This document shows, one piece after another, positions 9,081-17,561 of a DNA stretch of 57,057 nt. How positions within the stretch are numbered: the stretch's first letter is position 1; each line of letters starts with the position of its first letter. A program made the translations under genes and the position numbers. The DNA is from an uncultured Desulfatibacillum sp. Its GTDB lineage: Bacteria > Desulfobacterota > Desulfobacteria > Desulfobacterales > SpSt-501. The stretch covers positions 15,868 through 72,924 of the forward strand of contig CAZQUP010000004.1 in the NCBI GenBank assembly GCA_964596545.1, given 5' to 3'. The notes below the pieces were generated by a model. That model did not search any database and had not been told where the DNA came from. It saw nothing but the letters and a program-made list of their open reading frames with translations.

Positions 9081-10282
9081 GTTTCCGCCGCGGCCACGCG
9101 GCCGCCGCCCCGCCGATCGCCTGCCGCATACACATACAGCCCGAAAAGCAGACCGCCGGCGAGCGCGATCCAGGCGCTGACCGCGAAGAGGCCGAAGGAT
9201 CCCACCCGGGCGAAGAGCGCTCCCTGGAGAAAAAATCCCGCCATCAACCCCAGGCCGTACGTGAGGGCGTTGTTGAGCGCCTGTCCCAGGTTCTTCCCCC
9301 CCGGAGGGGCGAGCCGATCCATGTAAAGAATGCTCGCCATGTGAAAGGCCCCGTAGGTCAGCGCGTGCAGGATTTGCGAAGCCAGCAGAGCCGCGGTCGA
9401 TGCGGTTACGGAGAGCATCGCCCAGCGCAGCACGGCGGCGGCGAAGGCGCCGAGCAGCACCCGCTCCAGGGAAAAGCGGCGGAACAGGGCGGTAGAGGCC
9501 GTCATGGCCACGATTTCGGCCGCCGAGGCGAGCGCCCAGGCGGCGCCGATGAAGACCGTGGAGCGGCCCTGGGCGGCGAGATGAATCGAAAAAAAGCCGT
9601 AGTACGCCCCGTGGCTGGCAAGCATGAGAAAGGCGCTCGCCAGGAACACGAGGACCTCGCCGCGCAGCAGCCGCCGAACGGCGCCGGGCGGCTGGGGCAG
9701 GCGGTGCGGGCTCTCCCGCGGCAGACCGAGGGCGGCGAGGGCCATGGCGCAGGAGCCCCAGGCGACGGCGACGACCACGACCCGCTCCGTGGAGACGTCG
9801 ATCAGCAGGCCGAAGAGGAGCACCATTGCGATGAAGCTGATCGATCCCCAGAGGCGGACACGGCCGTAGGCGTTTTTCTCCCGGCCGAGGACCTCGAGGC
9901 TCGCCGCCTCGAGAAAGGAGATGATCGGCGCGTAAAACATGGCGTAGAGCACCATGAGGACGGCCATGACGGCGAAGCGCTCGGTGAAGAGAAAGCCCGC
10001 CCAGGCGGCCGTGCTCGCCGCGTGGCAGAGGAGCACGATCGCACGGCGGCGTCCCGTCCGATCGGCGAGCGCTCCCCAGAGGAGCGGAAAGAGCACCCAA
10101 GCGACCGAGCGCAACGAGGAGAGCACACCGACTTCGAAGCCGGACAGCCCGAGGTGATAGCCATACAAGTTGAAATAGGGGAGATAGATCCCCAGTACCC
10201 CGAAATAGAGAAAATACTGCAGACCGAGAATCGCCTTGCGGCGGACCGCCGTTTCGCGGCCCGGGGAGATTTTCCAATTCAC
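9047..10282 (-). CDS. MFS transporter (MFS_1_like / PPP-type)
   Basis: 411 aa with about 12 hydrophobic segments. Contains the MFS loop motif 'GALADRTGRRR'. Its 3' end overlaps the convergent gene by 34 nt. Confidence 0.85.
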   Translation of the reverse strand: MNWKISPGRETAVRRKAILGLQYFLYFGVLGIYLPYFNLYGYHLGLSGFEVGVLSSLRSVAWVLFPLLWGALADRTGRRRAIVLLCHAASTAAWAGFLFTERFAVMAVLMVLYAMFYAPIISFLEAASLEVLGREKNAYGRVRLWGSISFIAMVLLFGLLIDVSTERVVVVAVAWGSCAMALAALGLPRESPHRLPQPPGAVRRLLRGEVLVFLASAFLMLASHGAYYGFFSIHLAAQGRSTVFIGAAWALASAAEIVAMTASTALFRRFSLERVLLGAFAAAVLRWAMLSVTASTAALLASQILHALTYGAFHMASILYMDRLAPPGGKNLGQALNNALTYGLGLMAGFFLQGALFARVGSFGLFAVSAWIALAGGLLFGLYVYAAGDRRGGGRVAAAETQREGPVAQGR

Positions 10283-10371
10283 AGGCCGGCCTCGCCTTCG
10301 CGGCCCCCGGCGGTCGCCGGGACCGGAGGAGCGGCTTTCTTGAAGGAAGCGATGGGCGACGGACGCCGACG

Positions 10372-10400
10372 TTTACAGAAAACGAAGGGCATGCTATGTT
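10372..10400 (+). promoter_or_regulatory. candidate sigma70-type promoter TTTACA-N17-TATGTT for rlpA
   Basis: Hexamers and spacing were read from the sequence. It lies in the divergent MFS/rlpA gap. Confidence 0.3.
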
Positions 10401-10464
10401 TTAGGTTGAGTCGCGAAATGTCTGCAAGCGTTTTCGGGCCATCTCCGCCATGCGAAGGACCGCC

Positions 10465-11253
<789 letters not shown>

Positions 11254-11270
11254 ACCGGAAGGATTCGGCG

Positions 11271-11963
11271 ATGCGCCGGAGGGTGGTCTTTCTGGACCGC
11301 GACGGGGTGATCAACCGCGATCTCCCCGAAGCCGTCACCCGGCTTGAAGACTTCGAGTTTCTCCCCGGCAGCCTGGATGCCCTGCGCCGCCTCGCGGAAG
11401 GCGGCTTCGCCTGCGTCGTCGTCACCAACCAGTCGGCCGTAGGCCGGGGGCGGCTCTCCGCGGAAGCCTTGGCCGAAATCCACCGCCGCCTGGCCGACGG
11501 GATCCGCGCCGCGGGAGGGGATCTGCTCGACATTCTCGCCTGCCCGCACCCGCCGGATGCGGGCTGCGCCTGCCGCAAACCTGCACCCGGCATGCTGCTC
11601 GAGGCGGCCCGGCGGCACGGGATCGAACTTTCCGCGGCGGGCCTGGTGGGGGACCGCGCCGGCGACATCCTGAGCGCCAGGCGGGCGGGGCTGGCCTATG
11701 CGCTTCTGGTGCGGACGGGCCAAGGGGATGCCGCGCTCAGGGATCTGCCTGCCCTCGGCGTCCAGCCCGATGCGGTGGTGGCGGATCTCGCCGCGGCGGC
11801 GCAGTGGATTCTCGCGCGGGCGGAGCGGGAAGGGGTTCAGGAATCGGTGTCGGTCGAGGGGGGAAGCGGCACCTTGAGGAAGGCCACCCCTTCCTCGACC
11901 AGCAACCGCTCTTCCTGCGGAGTGCTGACGCCGCGGATGTTCCGCGGCTCCGAGACCCCATAG
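11271..11963 (+). CDS. gmhB: D-glycero-beta-D-manno-heptose-1,7-bisphosphate 7-phosphatase (HAD-IIIA)
   Basis: 'VFLDRDGVIN', 'VVVTNQS.VGRG' and the Zn site 'CPH.P....C.CRKP'. Only the last 231 codons of track ORF 10671..11963 are used. The roughly 45 C-terminal residues look like a non-conserved tail. Confidence 0.85.
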   Translation: MRRRVVFLDRDGVINRDLPEAVTRLEDFEFLPGSLDALRRLAEGGFACVVVTNQSAVGRGRLSAEALAEIHRRLADGIRAAGGDLLDILACPHPPDAGCACRKPAPGMLLEAARRHGIELSAAGLVGDRAGDILSARRAGLAYALLVRTGQGDAALRDLPALGVQPDAVVADLAAAAQWILARAEREGVQESVSVEGGSGTLRKATPSSTSNRSSCGVLTPRMFRGSETP

Positions 11964-12265
11964 TGGATCTTAAGGGCTTCCTTGGCGAAATCGCTTCCCA
12001 CATCCTCGAAATGGGTCTGGACGTAAGCGGCGATCCGCCGCTGCAGACGGCCGAGCAACCGCTGCGGATCGAGGCCCTCCGCCTCCGCCGGCGGTTGCTG
12101 GGAAGCGCGGATTGCAAAGCGGGAGGGCAGCCGCTCGATGGTGCTGTCGTTGCACACCGGGCAAGCAATGAGGCCTCGACGCTGCTGATCGAGAAAGGCC
12201 TCCGCGTCCTCGAACCAGCCCTCGAAGCCATGGCCCTTGGCGCACCTGAGGTCGTAGGCGATCAT
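11837..12265 (-). CDS. DUF1178 family protein
   Basis: 'MIAYDLRCAKGHGFEGWF......CP.C' is the DUF1178 N-terminal signature. The start is taken at this internal ATG. Confidence 0.75.
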   Translation of the reverse strand: MIAYDLRCAKGHGFEGWFEDAEAFLDQQRRGLIACPVCNDSTIERLPSRFAIRASQQPPAEAEGLDPQRLLGRLQRRIAAYVQTHFEDVGSDFAKEALKIHYGVSEPRNIRGVSTPQEERLLVEEGVAFLKVPLPPSTDTDS

Positions 12266-12368
12266 GGCTTGCCGTTCTTTTGCCTCTGGATTCCGGCAAT
12301 CACTTACGGTAAATGACAGAATAGCCGATTCGATGCGCTCCGTCAAACCGAACAGGCGGGTTCGCGAG

Positions 12369-13013
12369 ATGATTTTCCGGATGCGGGTGGGATTGCTCGC
12401 CCTCGTTTTTCTGGCGGTCGCCCCCGGCGGCCTCCACGCCGCGCCGAACGCCTACATCACCGATACCCTTCGCCTCGCGCTGCGGGCGGGACCGGCGGCC
12501 GACCAGAAATCGCTGGGGGTGGTGGAAAGCGGCCAGGCGGTGGAAATCCTGAAAGCGGGCGAAGAGTGGACGCTCATCCGTTCCTCCGCCGGCGTGGAAG
12601 GCTGGGTTCAGACGCGCTTCCTCACCGAGCAGCCGCCGCCGAAGCTTTTGGCCTCCCGCCTGCTCGAGAGGAGCCGCGAACTTGAGGCGCGTACGGCGGC
12701 GCTTTCCGCGGAAAACGCTCGCCTGGAGGAAGAAAATCGCTCCTGGGCGGATCGCTTCGCGTCCCTGCAGGAGGAGTTCGAATCGTTTCGGCGCGATGCG
12801 GCGGAGGTGGAAACCCTGCGCGCCCGCCTGGAGCACCTTCAGGGCGAATTCGCCGCGAAAGACAACGCGCTCCGCCGCCTCGGGGATCTGCCGGAGAGGT
12901 TCCTGCGCCCGGAGACGATCTATGCCTTCCTCGCCGGAGCCGGGGTCCTGCTGGCGGGATTTCTTCTCGGTCTCTACGCGCGGCGCAAACGCCGCTGGTC
13001 CTCGCTCGATTAG
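12369..13013 (+). CDS. SH3 domain protein with coiled coil and C-terminal membrane anchor (YgiM/TIGR04211-like)
   Basis: Signal peptide, then 'YITDTLRLALRAGP....S.GVVESGQAVEIL....EWTLIR' (SH3b), a coiled coil, a TM helix and an 'RRKRRW' tail. Confidence 0.75.
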   Translation: MIFRMRVGLLALVFLAVAPGGLHAAPNAYITDTLRLALRAGPAADQKSLGVVESGQAVEILKAGEEWTLIRSSAGVEGWVQTRFLTEQPPPKLLASRLLERSRELEARTAALSAENARLEEENRSWADRFASLQEEFESFRRDAAEVETLRARLEHLQGEFAAKDNALRRLGDLPERFLRPETIYAFLAGAGVLLAGFLLGLYARRKRRWSSLD

Positions 13014-13187
13014 CCCGCGGCAAAGCGGCCGGATGAACCGGCGGGGCCGTTCTCCGGTTCCCGGGGAGGGTTTTACGGAACTCGCCGCGCGCGACGAAGA
13101 AGGGTGGAGGGGGGCGGTTTTCACACCTGCGGTTTCGTCGGCGCAATTCCGACCGCCCCCCGCGATGCTTTCTCGCCGGACGGGGGG

Positions 13188-13457
13188 CTACTTCACCGCA
13201 TCTTTCAGGGCTTTGCCGGCGACAAACTTCGGGGCTTTGGAGGCGCTGATCTTGATTTCGGCGCCGGTCTGGGGGTTTCGGCCTTTGCGGGCCTTGCGCT
13301 TGACCACCTTGAAGGTGCCGAAGCCGACGAGGGTCACCGGCAGGCCTTTCTTGAGGGACTTGGTGATCGACTCGAGGACGCAGTCGACCGCGGCCTGGGC
13401 CTCTTTCTTGGTGCTGACCACCTTGGCGACTTCCTGGATCAATTCCGCCTTGTTCAT
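13188..13457 (-). CDS. hup: HU-family DNA-binding protein
   Basis: 89 aa. '[11 protein letters not shown]...[24 protein letters not shown]'. AAGGAGCC SD upstream. The track ORF (150 aa) is over-extended at the 5' end. Confidence 0.93.
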   Translation of the reverse strand: MNKAELIQEVAKVVSTKKEAQAAVDCVLESITKSLKKGLPVTLVGFGTFKVVKRKARKGRNPQTGAEIKISASKAPKFVAGKALKDAVK

Positions 13458-13498
13458 CGTAGGCTCCTTTCTAAGCGTGAGTTCAAGTTTGCGCTGTT

Positions 13499-13711
13499 TC
13501 AGATGCTGTCCCGACAACTCTGGCAGTACTTCCGGGGAACCCCTCGTCCGATCCAGTGAAAGTTCATAATGTGCTTCTTGCCGCACTTGGGGCAAATGCA
13601 TTCCACCTTGCTCTTGTCGTGGTCGAACAGCGCCTCGCACTCGTCCGGTGCGTTTTCCTTGGCGGGCCGTTTGGCGGCCCCGGCGGGTTCACGGCGTTTG
13701 GCGGACGACAT
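13499..13711 (-). CDS. small Cys-rich zinc-ribbon-like protein, function unknown
   Basis: 70 aa. 'CICPKCGKK...' and '...CQSC' pairs, with an AGGAG upstream. It sits between dksA and hup on the same strand. Confidence 0.5.
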   Translation of the reverse strand: MSSAKRREPAGAAKRPAKENAPDECEALFDHDKSKVECICPKCGKKHIMNFHWIGRGVPRKYCQSCRDSI

Positions 13712-13770
13712 GGGTCATCACTCCTGGCAGCGAGGCCGGCCCTGTGGAGGAGAAACCTTCAGGCCGGCGT

Positions 13771-14133
13771 TCAGGTGCCCGTCTGTTTTTCGCGCGCTTC
13801 GAGCTGGGTCTTGCAGCGGATGCAATGGCGCGTGACCGGACGGGCCTTGAGTCGTTCGATCGCGATTTCCTCCCCGCAGGATTCGCAGATCCCATAGACC
13901 CCCTCCTCGAGGTCCTCGAGCGAGCGGCGGATCTTGTTGATGAGCATGGTCTCCCGGTCGCGGATGCGCAGGGTGAAATTGCGCTCGGAGTCGAACACGG
14001 CACGGTCGAGCGGATCCGGCGGCAGGTCATCGCCTTCGCGCAACCCGAGTCGGGTTCGATCCGCGTGGGTGAGCAGTTCGTTCAGCCAGCGGGTGAGCAG
14101 TTGCTTGAAGAACTGGCGGTCTTTTTCTTTCAT
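13771..14133 (-). CDS. dksA: DksA/TraR-family C4 zinc-finger RNA-polymerase-binding factor
   Basis: 120 aa. 'CESCGEEI...RL.A.P....C..C' preceded by a coiled-coil region. Confidence 0.9.
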   Translation of the reverse strand: MKEKDRQFFKQLLTRWLNELLTHADRTRLGLREGDDLPPDPLDRAVFDSERNFTLRIRDRETMLINKIRRSLEDLEEGVYGICESCGEEIAIERLKARPVTRHCIRCKTQLEAREKQTGT

Positions 14134-14210
14134 GGGACGTAGGCCTCAAGCGCATCCCCCGGGACGGGTTTGCCCTCTGCCGCGCCCTTTCCGGCGGCGG
14201 CGGGAAACCT

Positions 14211-14239
14211 TTTATTCCCGATGCCGTTGTTTTTTTCAA
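14211..14239 (-). promoter_or_regulatory. candidate promoter TTGAAA-N17-AATAAA for the dksA operon
   Basis: Read on the minus strand. An A-rich UP-like tract flanks it. Confidence 0.3.
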
Positions 14240-14277
14240 GAGCTTTTTTCGCGGCCGCTCCGTAGACGCCGCCGCAT

Positions 14278-14306
14278 TTGACATCTCGCACCGAGACGCT
14301 TAGAGT
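14278..14306 (+). promoter_or_regulatory. candidate promoter TTGACA-N17-TAGAGT for PilZ-YitT
   Basis: Perfect -35 hexamer, 17-nt spacer, 4/6 match at -10, positioned 27 nt upstream of the ATG at 14333. Confidence 0.35.
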
Positions 14307-14332
14307 CCTCTTTTAGAATCGGAGTAGGCTCG

Positions 14333-14650
14333 ATGGCCCCGATCCCCGAAAAACGCCGCGAACCCCGCGTTCCGTGCGACGCCGCCGTGGAGTGGGCGCT
14401 TTTCAACCGCTACGAATTCCATCCCGCCCGACTGCGGAACGTGAGTCCGGCCGGGGGATACCTCGAGTGCGGCCAGCGCCTGACCGAGGGGGCCACCCTC
14501 CAGGTCCGCCTCCGGGAGTGCCTGGCGCCCGCGGCCGCAAACGGCTGCCTGAGCGTACGCACCAACGTCCTGTGCGAGGTGAAGTGGTGCCGCGAGCTGG
14601 AGGCCGGCGGAGCTTTCGGCGTCGGCGTGCGCTACCATTTCCCCGTGTGA
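14333..14650 (+). CDS. PilZ-domain (c-di-GMP-binding) protein
   Basis: Canonical 'RREPR' (RxxxR) and 'NVSPAGG' (D/NxSxxG) motifs. Confidence 0.8.
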   Translation: MAPIPEKRREPRVPCDAAVEWALFNRYEFHPARLRNVSPAGGYLECGQRLTEGATLQVRLRECLAPAAANGCLSVRTNVLCEVKWCRELEAGGAFGVGVRYHFPV

Positions 14651-14662
14651 AGCCTCCACCCC

Positions 14663-15523
14663 ATGGCCTTTCGCTTCGCGTTCTGGCGTAAGTTCTTCGA
14701 AAACGTCCTGCTGATCGTCTCGGGCGCCCTGCTGTGCGCTTACGCGATCCAGGCGATCCTCGTGCCCAGCCGCTTTCTGGCCGGAGGAATCGGCGGTTTG
14801 AGCCTGTTTCTTCATTACCTCGTTCCCGCTCTCCCGGTCGGGGTCGTCTATTTCGTGCTGAACATCCCGCTCTTCGCCGTGGGCTGGAAGTTCGTCGGCC
14901 GCCGGTTCTTCGCCTACAGCCTCTTCGGTATGGGGATGCTCTCCGCATTGCTCTTGATCCCCTTTTCCCCTTGCCCCGTTTCGGACCCGCTGCTCCAGGC
15001 GATCGCCGCGGGCATCCTCTCGGGCGTGGGCAGCGGCCTGATGCTGCGCTCCTTCGGCTCCGGGGGCGGTCTCGACATCCTGTCGGTGATTCTGCTGAAA
15101 ACCTGGTCCGTTCGCATCGGGACCACGGTCATGGCCTTCAATACGCTGCTGCTGCTCGTGGCCCTGTTCCGCTTTCCGCTGGAGATCGTGCTCTACACCC
15201 TGATCTACTTTTTCGTCACCTCGCAGCTGATCAACCTCGTGGTGACCGGCCTCAACCAGCGCAAAGCCGTCATGGTGATCTCTTCGCGCTGGGAGGAGAT
15301 CGCCCGGGAAATCATGGAATCGATGCACCGGGGGGTGACCATCGTCAACGGCGAGGGAGGCTATACGGGACGGCCGCTCAAAATCCTCTACGCGGTGATC
15401 ACCTTCCAGGAACTCTCCCGCTTCAAGGACATGGTGCGCTCGTATGACCCAAAAGCCTTTCTCGTGGTGAGCGAAACCCTCGAGGTCATGGGCAAGGGAA
15501 TCGGCAATCAGCCGCACTGGTAG
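14663..15523 (+). CDS. YitT-family membrane protein (DUF2179 C-terminal domain)
   Basis: Five to six TM segments ('GG.GGLSL', 'GSGGGLDIL') followed by a soluble DUF2179-like tail. Confidence 0.8.
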   Translation: MAFRFAFWRKFFENVLLIVSGALLCAYAIQAILVPSRFLAGGIGGLSLFLHYLVPALPVGVVYFVLNIPLFAVGWKFVGRRFFAYSLFGMGMLSALLLIPFSPCPVSDPLLQAIAAGILSGVGSGLMLRSFGSGGGLDILSVILLKTWSVRIGTTVMAFNTLLLLVALFRFPLEIVLYTLIYFFVTSQLINLVVTGLNQRKAVMVISSRWEEIAREIMESMHRGVTIVNGEGGYTGRPLKILYAVITFQELSRFKDMVRSYDPKAFLVVSETLEVMGKGIGNQPHW

Positions 15524-16574
15524 GCGCCGCAGGCCCCCCCGCCAGCGCTTCGTCGAGAATCCGGCTGATCGCCTCGGCAAAGGAAATCCCCGACGCCTCG
15601 AGAGCGGCCGCAAATCCGGCGTCCGGGGCCAGGCAGGGGTTGGCGTTCACCTCGAGGATCCACGGATCCCCGCGCCCGTCCACGCGGAAATCGACCCGCG
15701 CCCAGCCTTTCAGCCCGAAGCCCCGCCAGCAGCTGCAGGCCAGATCCGAGAGCCTCTCCAGCAACGGCTTCTCCGCGACCGAAAAGGCGAAGCGCCGCGG
15801 GGTGTGGAGGAACTCGTAGGAGTCCGGGACCCACTTGGCGCGGTAGCCGACGACGGCGGGGGCGCCCTCCGGATAGCCCTCGAAGAGGATCTCCGCCGGC
15901 GCGAGCAGCTGCGGTCCGCCCCCCCCGCCCCCCAACAGGGAAAGGTTGAATTCCCGTCCCGGGATGAAGCGTTCGGCGAAACAGGCTCCACCCAACGCGG
16001 GCGCGCGGCGCGCAAGCTCCCCCCGCGCCTGCCCGGCGCGTTCGCAGAGCGGCAGCCGCTTTTCGTCCAGCCCGATCGAGGCGTGCTCCCAGAGCGATTT
16101 GATGAGCCAGGGCCCCGGCTCCGGATCCTCCGGAGGGGCGCTAGGGGCGACCCGCGGCGGCCCTGACGGCGCGGGATCGATCCAAGCGGGGGTGGGCAGA
16201 CCGAGCAGCACGAGCCGCTCCTTGGCCAGAACCTTGTGCGAGGTGGTCCGCACCGCCTCGGCGGGCGAGCCGGTGAACGGCACCCCCAAGGCTTCGAGCA
16301 GCTCGGGCACCCAGTGAATCAGGCAGCCGCGGCCGTCCAGCGACTCGACGAGGTTGAAGACCAGATCGGGAGCGATCTCCTGGAGGCGGCGGCGAAAACG
16401 CCCGAGATCGAGATCGCACTCCAGGCGGAGCGCAGCGTGGCCGAGCCGCCGCAACGCCCGGTCGACGGCCGCGACCTGTGCGAGGACATCGCGCTCCTCG
16501 GGGCCCGCTTTCTCCGTCAAGGCGTTATGGACGATCGCGACCCGCATCGCCTCGGGCGGCGCCGGAGGCTTCAT
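15486..16574 (-). CDS. D-Ala-D-Ala-ligase-like ATP-grasp ligase (second of two)
   Basis: 'MRVAIVHNAL....E.DVL..V..V..AL..LGH' pre-ATP-grasp region, then 'HK...K..L...G.PTP' and 'GW.RVDFR.D..G.P.ILEVN.NPCL'. The start could be 16574 or 16547. Confidence 0.8.
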   Translation of the reverse strand: MKPPAPPEAMRVAIVHNALTEKAGPEERDVLAQVAAVDRALRRLGHAALRLECDLDLGRFRRRLQEIAPDLVFNLVESLDGRGCLIHWVPELLEALGVPFTGSPAEAVRTTSHKVLAKERLVLLGLPTPAWIDPAPSGPPRVAPSAPPEDPEPGPWLIKSLWEHASIGLDEKRLPLCERAGQARGELARRAPALGGACFAERFIPGREFNLSLLGGGGGGPQLLAPAEILFEGYPEGAPAVVGYRAKWVPDSYEFLHTPRRFAFSVAEKPLLERLSDLACSCWRGFGLKGWARVDFRVDGRGDPWILEVNANPCLAPDAGFAAALEASGISFAEAISRILDEALAGGPAAPTSAADCRFPCP

Positions 16575-17553
16575 CGATCCGCCGCCCGGCCGATTCGAGC
16601 ACCCAGGAGATCAGCCGCTCGAAGGAGACCCCCGCCAGCCGGCAGAGGATCGGCAGATCGGAATGCTCGGGATGCAGGCCGGCCAGCGGGTTGACCTCGA
16701 GAAAGCAGGGCCTTCCCCGGCGGTCGCAGCGCACATCGAGACGGCCGGCGTCGCGGCAGCCGAGAACGCGCCAGGCCTCGAGGGCGACCCGTTCCACCTC
16801 GCCGATCAGGGGGTCTTCCCGGGGGGTGATCCGCCGGTAGCGGACGAGATCCTCGAAGTGCTCCTTGTTGTGAAAGGAATAGACCGCCTCCTCGGCGCCG
16901 GCGAGCAGCAAGACCTCGACGGTCGCGATCACGCGCGCCTCGCGGCCGGTTCCGGCCAAACCCACCGTAAATTCACGCCCCGGGAGAAAGGCTTCCACGA
17001 GGGCGGGCTGGCGGTAATCGCGGATCAGCCGTCCGCAGATCTCGACGAGATCCTTCCGCTTCCGAACCACGGAGCGCGCCGAGACGCCCTTTCCGGTCCC
17101 CTCGGCCACGGGCTTGACGAAATAGGGCCCCCGGAAACGCACCTGCGCGGCCTCTTCGGGGGTCTCCACGACGGCAAACGGCGCGGTCGGGATCCGCGCA
17201 TCGCGCACCACCCGCTTGGCCATCGCCTTATGCAGGGTCAGGCAGAGCACCAGCGGGTCGGAAAAGGTGTAAGGAATGCGGTAGGCGTCGAGCAGGGCGG
17301 GCACCTGGGCCTCCCGCCCCATGCCGTAGAGCCCCTCGGCGATGTTGAAGACGAGGTCCCAGCGACGTCCCGCGGCCAGTCGTTCGACCAACTTCCGGAG
17401 GTTGCCGATGCGCTCGGTCTCATGACCCAGATCCTGCAGGGTGCGCTCGATCGCCTCGATCGTCTCCTCGCGGTCGAACTCGGCGACCTCCTCCTCCGCG
17501 AAGCCGAGCGCACGGTACTCCGAGCGCAGATCGTAGGTGAGCCCGATGAGCAC
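16525..17553 (-). CDS. D-Ala-D-Ala-ligase-like ATP-grasp ligase (first of two)
   Basis: Only the 3' 342 codons of track ORF 16525..18639 are used. GTG start at 17553, 6 nt after GAGG and 8 nt after the kamA stop. 'LIGLTYDLRSEY', 'FVKPVAEGTGKGV', 'AGRLDVRCD..G.P.FLEVNPLAGL'. Confidence 0.8.
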   Translation of the reverse strand: MLIGLTYDLRSEYRALGFAEEEVAEFDREETIEAIERTLQDLGHETERIGNLRKLVERLAAGRRWDLVFNIAEGLYGMGREAQVPALLDAYRIPYTFSDPLVLCLTLHKAMAKRVVRDARIPTAPFAVVETPEEAAQVRFRGPYFVKPVAEGTGKGVSARSVVRKRKDLVEICGRLIRDYRQPALVEAFLPGREFTVGLAGTGREARVIATVEVLLLAGAEEAVYSFHNKEHFEDLVRYRRITPREDPLIGEVERVALEAWRVLGCRDAGRLDVRCDRRGRPCFLEVNPLAGLHPEHSDLPILCRLAGVSFERLISWVLESAGRRIDEASGAARGDAGRDRP

Positions 17554-17561
17554 GACACGCC

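Noticed and set aside
13109-13161. GGGGGGCGGT...ACCGCCCCCC 10-bp stem with a 33-nt loop between the convergent SH3 and hup genes, a possible bidirectional terminator.
   Set aside because: The loop is very long and no flanking U/A tract sits adjacent to the closed stem, so I cannot support a terminator call.
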